Source of the DNA: Spartobacteria bacterium
GTDB lineage: Bacteria > Verrucomicrobiota > Verrucomicrobiia > Chthoniobacterales > UBA10450
DNA: 64,000 nt
Reading direction: 5' to 3'
Assembly (NCBI GenBank): GCA_040007175.1
Contig: JBDTVP010000008.1
Span: forward strand, 1,350 to 65,349
The position numbers and the translations under genes are program-made. Within the stretch, counting starts at the first letter, position 1. Every line of letters starts with the position of its first letter. The notes under the pieces were generated by a model, which saw nothing but the letters and a program-made list of their open reading frames with translations, searched no databases and was not told the origin of the DNA. Positions 63,421-64,000 of the stretch are shown here, piece by piece.

Positions 63421-63468
63421 CGACGACGCCACCCGACGATCACGCCCGCAAACGACCGCTGCGAAAAA

Positions 63469-64000
63469 TCACCTCTCGCTGCTCAGGACCGCGAACGGCA
63501 ACCGGGCAAAAACGCGGGCCAGTGGCAGGGAAGTCTCCTGCGTTGCGATCTCTTCGCCGGTGAAGAGATCCCTTCCCGCTGTGAATCCATCTGGCAACTG
63601 GACCGCGGTGTCGCCCCACGCTTCGCCGAGCGGTGGAAATCCAACCCGGGAAGAAAGACGCGGCGCGAGCACGATAATGGTTTGCCCCTCGTGAGTACGA
63701 GCAAAGGCGATGGCGCAATCCGCCAGGCTACCCGTTAGGCCTAGCGGAGAGTAGCTCCCGTGTTCGAAAAGCGCGGCATGCTCGCGCCGAAAAACGAGCA
63801 ACCGATGAGTCAGGAACAACTTGATCCGGCCATCGCTCCAGTTGCCTAACAATTCCTCCGGTGTCGCGCCGGCCAGTCCGTCGAGTAGCTCCTGGCGCCG
63901 CCCATAGTCGATCGCCCGCCGGTTATCCGGATCGACCAGGCTGAAATCCCAGATCTCGTTTCCCTGGTAAATGTCCGGGACGCCGGGCGCGGTCAGCTTG
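63469..64000 (-). CDS. treY: Malto-oligosyltrehalose synthase C-terminal part (5' end beyond the window)
   Basis: The minus-strand frame stays open to the window edge. It reads '...KLTAPGVPDIYQGNEIWDFSLVDPDNRRAIDYGRRQELL...', the conserved TreY C-terminal region. Confidence 0.8.
   Translation of the reverse strand, partial: KLTAPGVPDIYQGNEIWDFSLVDPDNRRAIDYGRRQELLDGLAGATPEELLGNWSDGRIKLFLTHRLLVFRREHAALFEHGSYSPLGLTGSLADCAIAFARTHEGQTIIVLAPRLSSRVGFPPLGEAWGDTAVQLPDGFTAGRDLFTGEEIATQETSLPLARVFARLPFAVLSSER

Overview
This is a 64-kb chromosomal segment from a GC-rich (roughly 60% by eye) diderm bacterium. The gene content (prepilin-like protein, many TPR/GT-C membrane proteins, BamD/LptE, dockerin-tagged BNR protein) suggests a PVC-group, Verrucomicrobiota-like organism; that assignment is inference only. 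I support about 57 CDS, 2 tRNAs (Ala-CGC, Leu-CAG), no rRNA, no CRISPR array and no transposase or integrase. Most genes are housekeeping: ilvC, uvrA, serS, rpmE-prfA-prmC-murA, nfo, accA, sucB-lpdA, PBP1A, kdsD, efp, and a partial treY at the right edge. The left 8 kb is a glycosylation cluster with a GT2-methyltransferase fusion, three GT-C-like membrane glycosyltransferases (two with TPR domains) and a pilin-like gene. The most striking signal is not a gene. The octamer CCTAACGA/TCGTTAGG (usually GCCTAACGA) occurs 53 times by my manual count, against about 1-2 expected. It appears in both orientations, inside unrelated genes in every stop-free frame, and in intergenic DNA. It supplies the stop codon of at least 9 genes, including a convergent pair that shares a 4-nt CTAA/TTAG overlap. 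It is completely absent from the first 8.28 kb. This pattern resembles DNA uptake sequences (DUS/USS), which I do not know to have been described for this kind of organism. Other signals are a REPIN-like inverted-repeat family (TTGTCATCCCGA termini; 3 full and 2 half copies), helically phased iterons upstream of a class II Fic gene, a REC-PATAN-REC-PATAN-like multidomain regulator, an EF-P lacking the canonical Lys/Arg loop-tip residue, and a small unannotated lipoprotein ORF. All counts were made by eye without tools and need recomputation.
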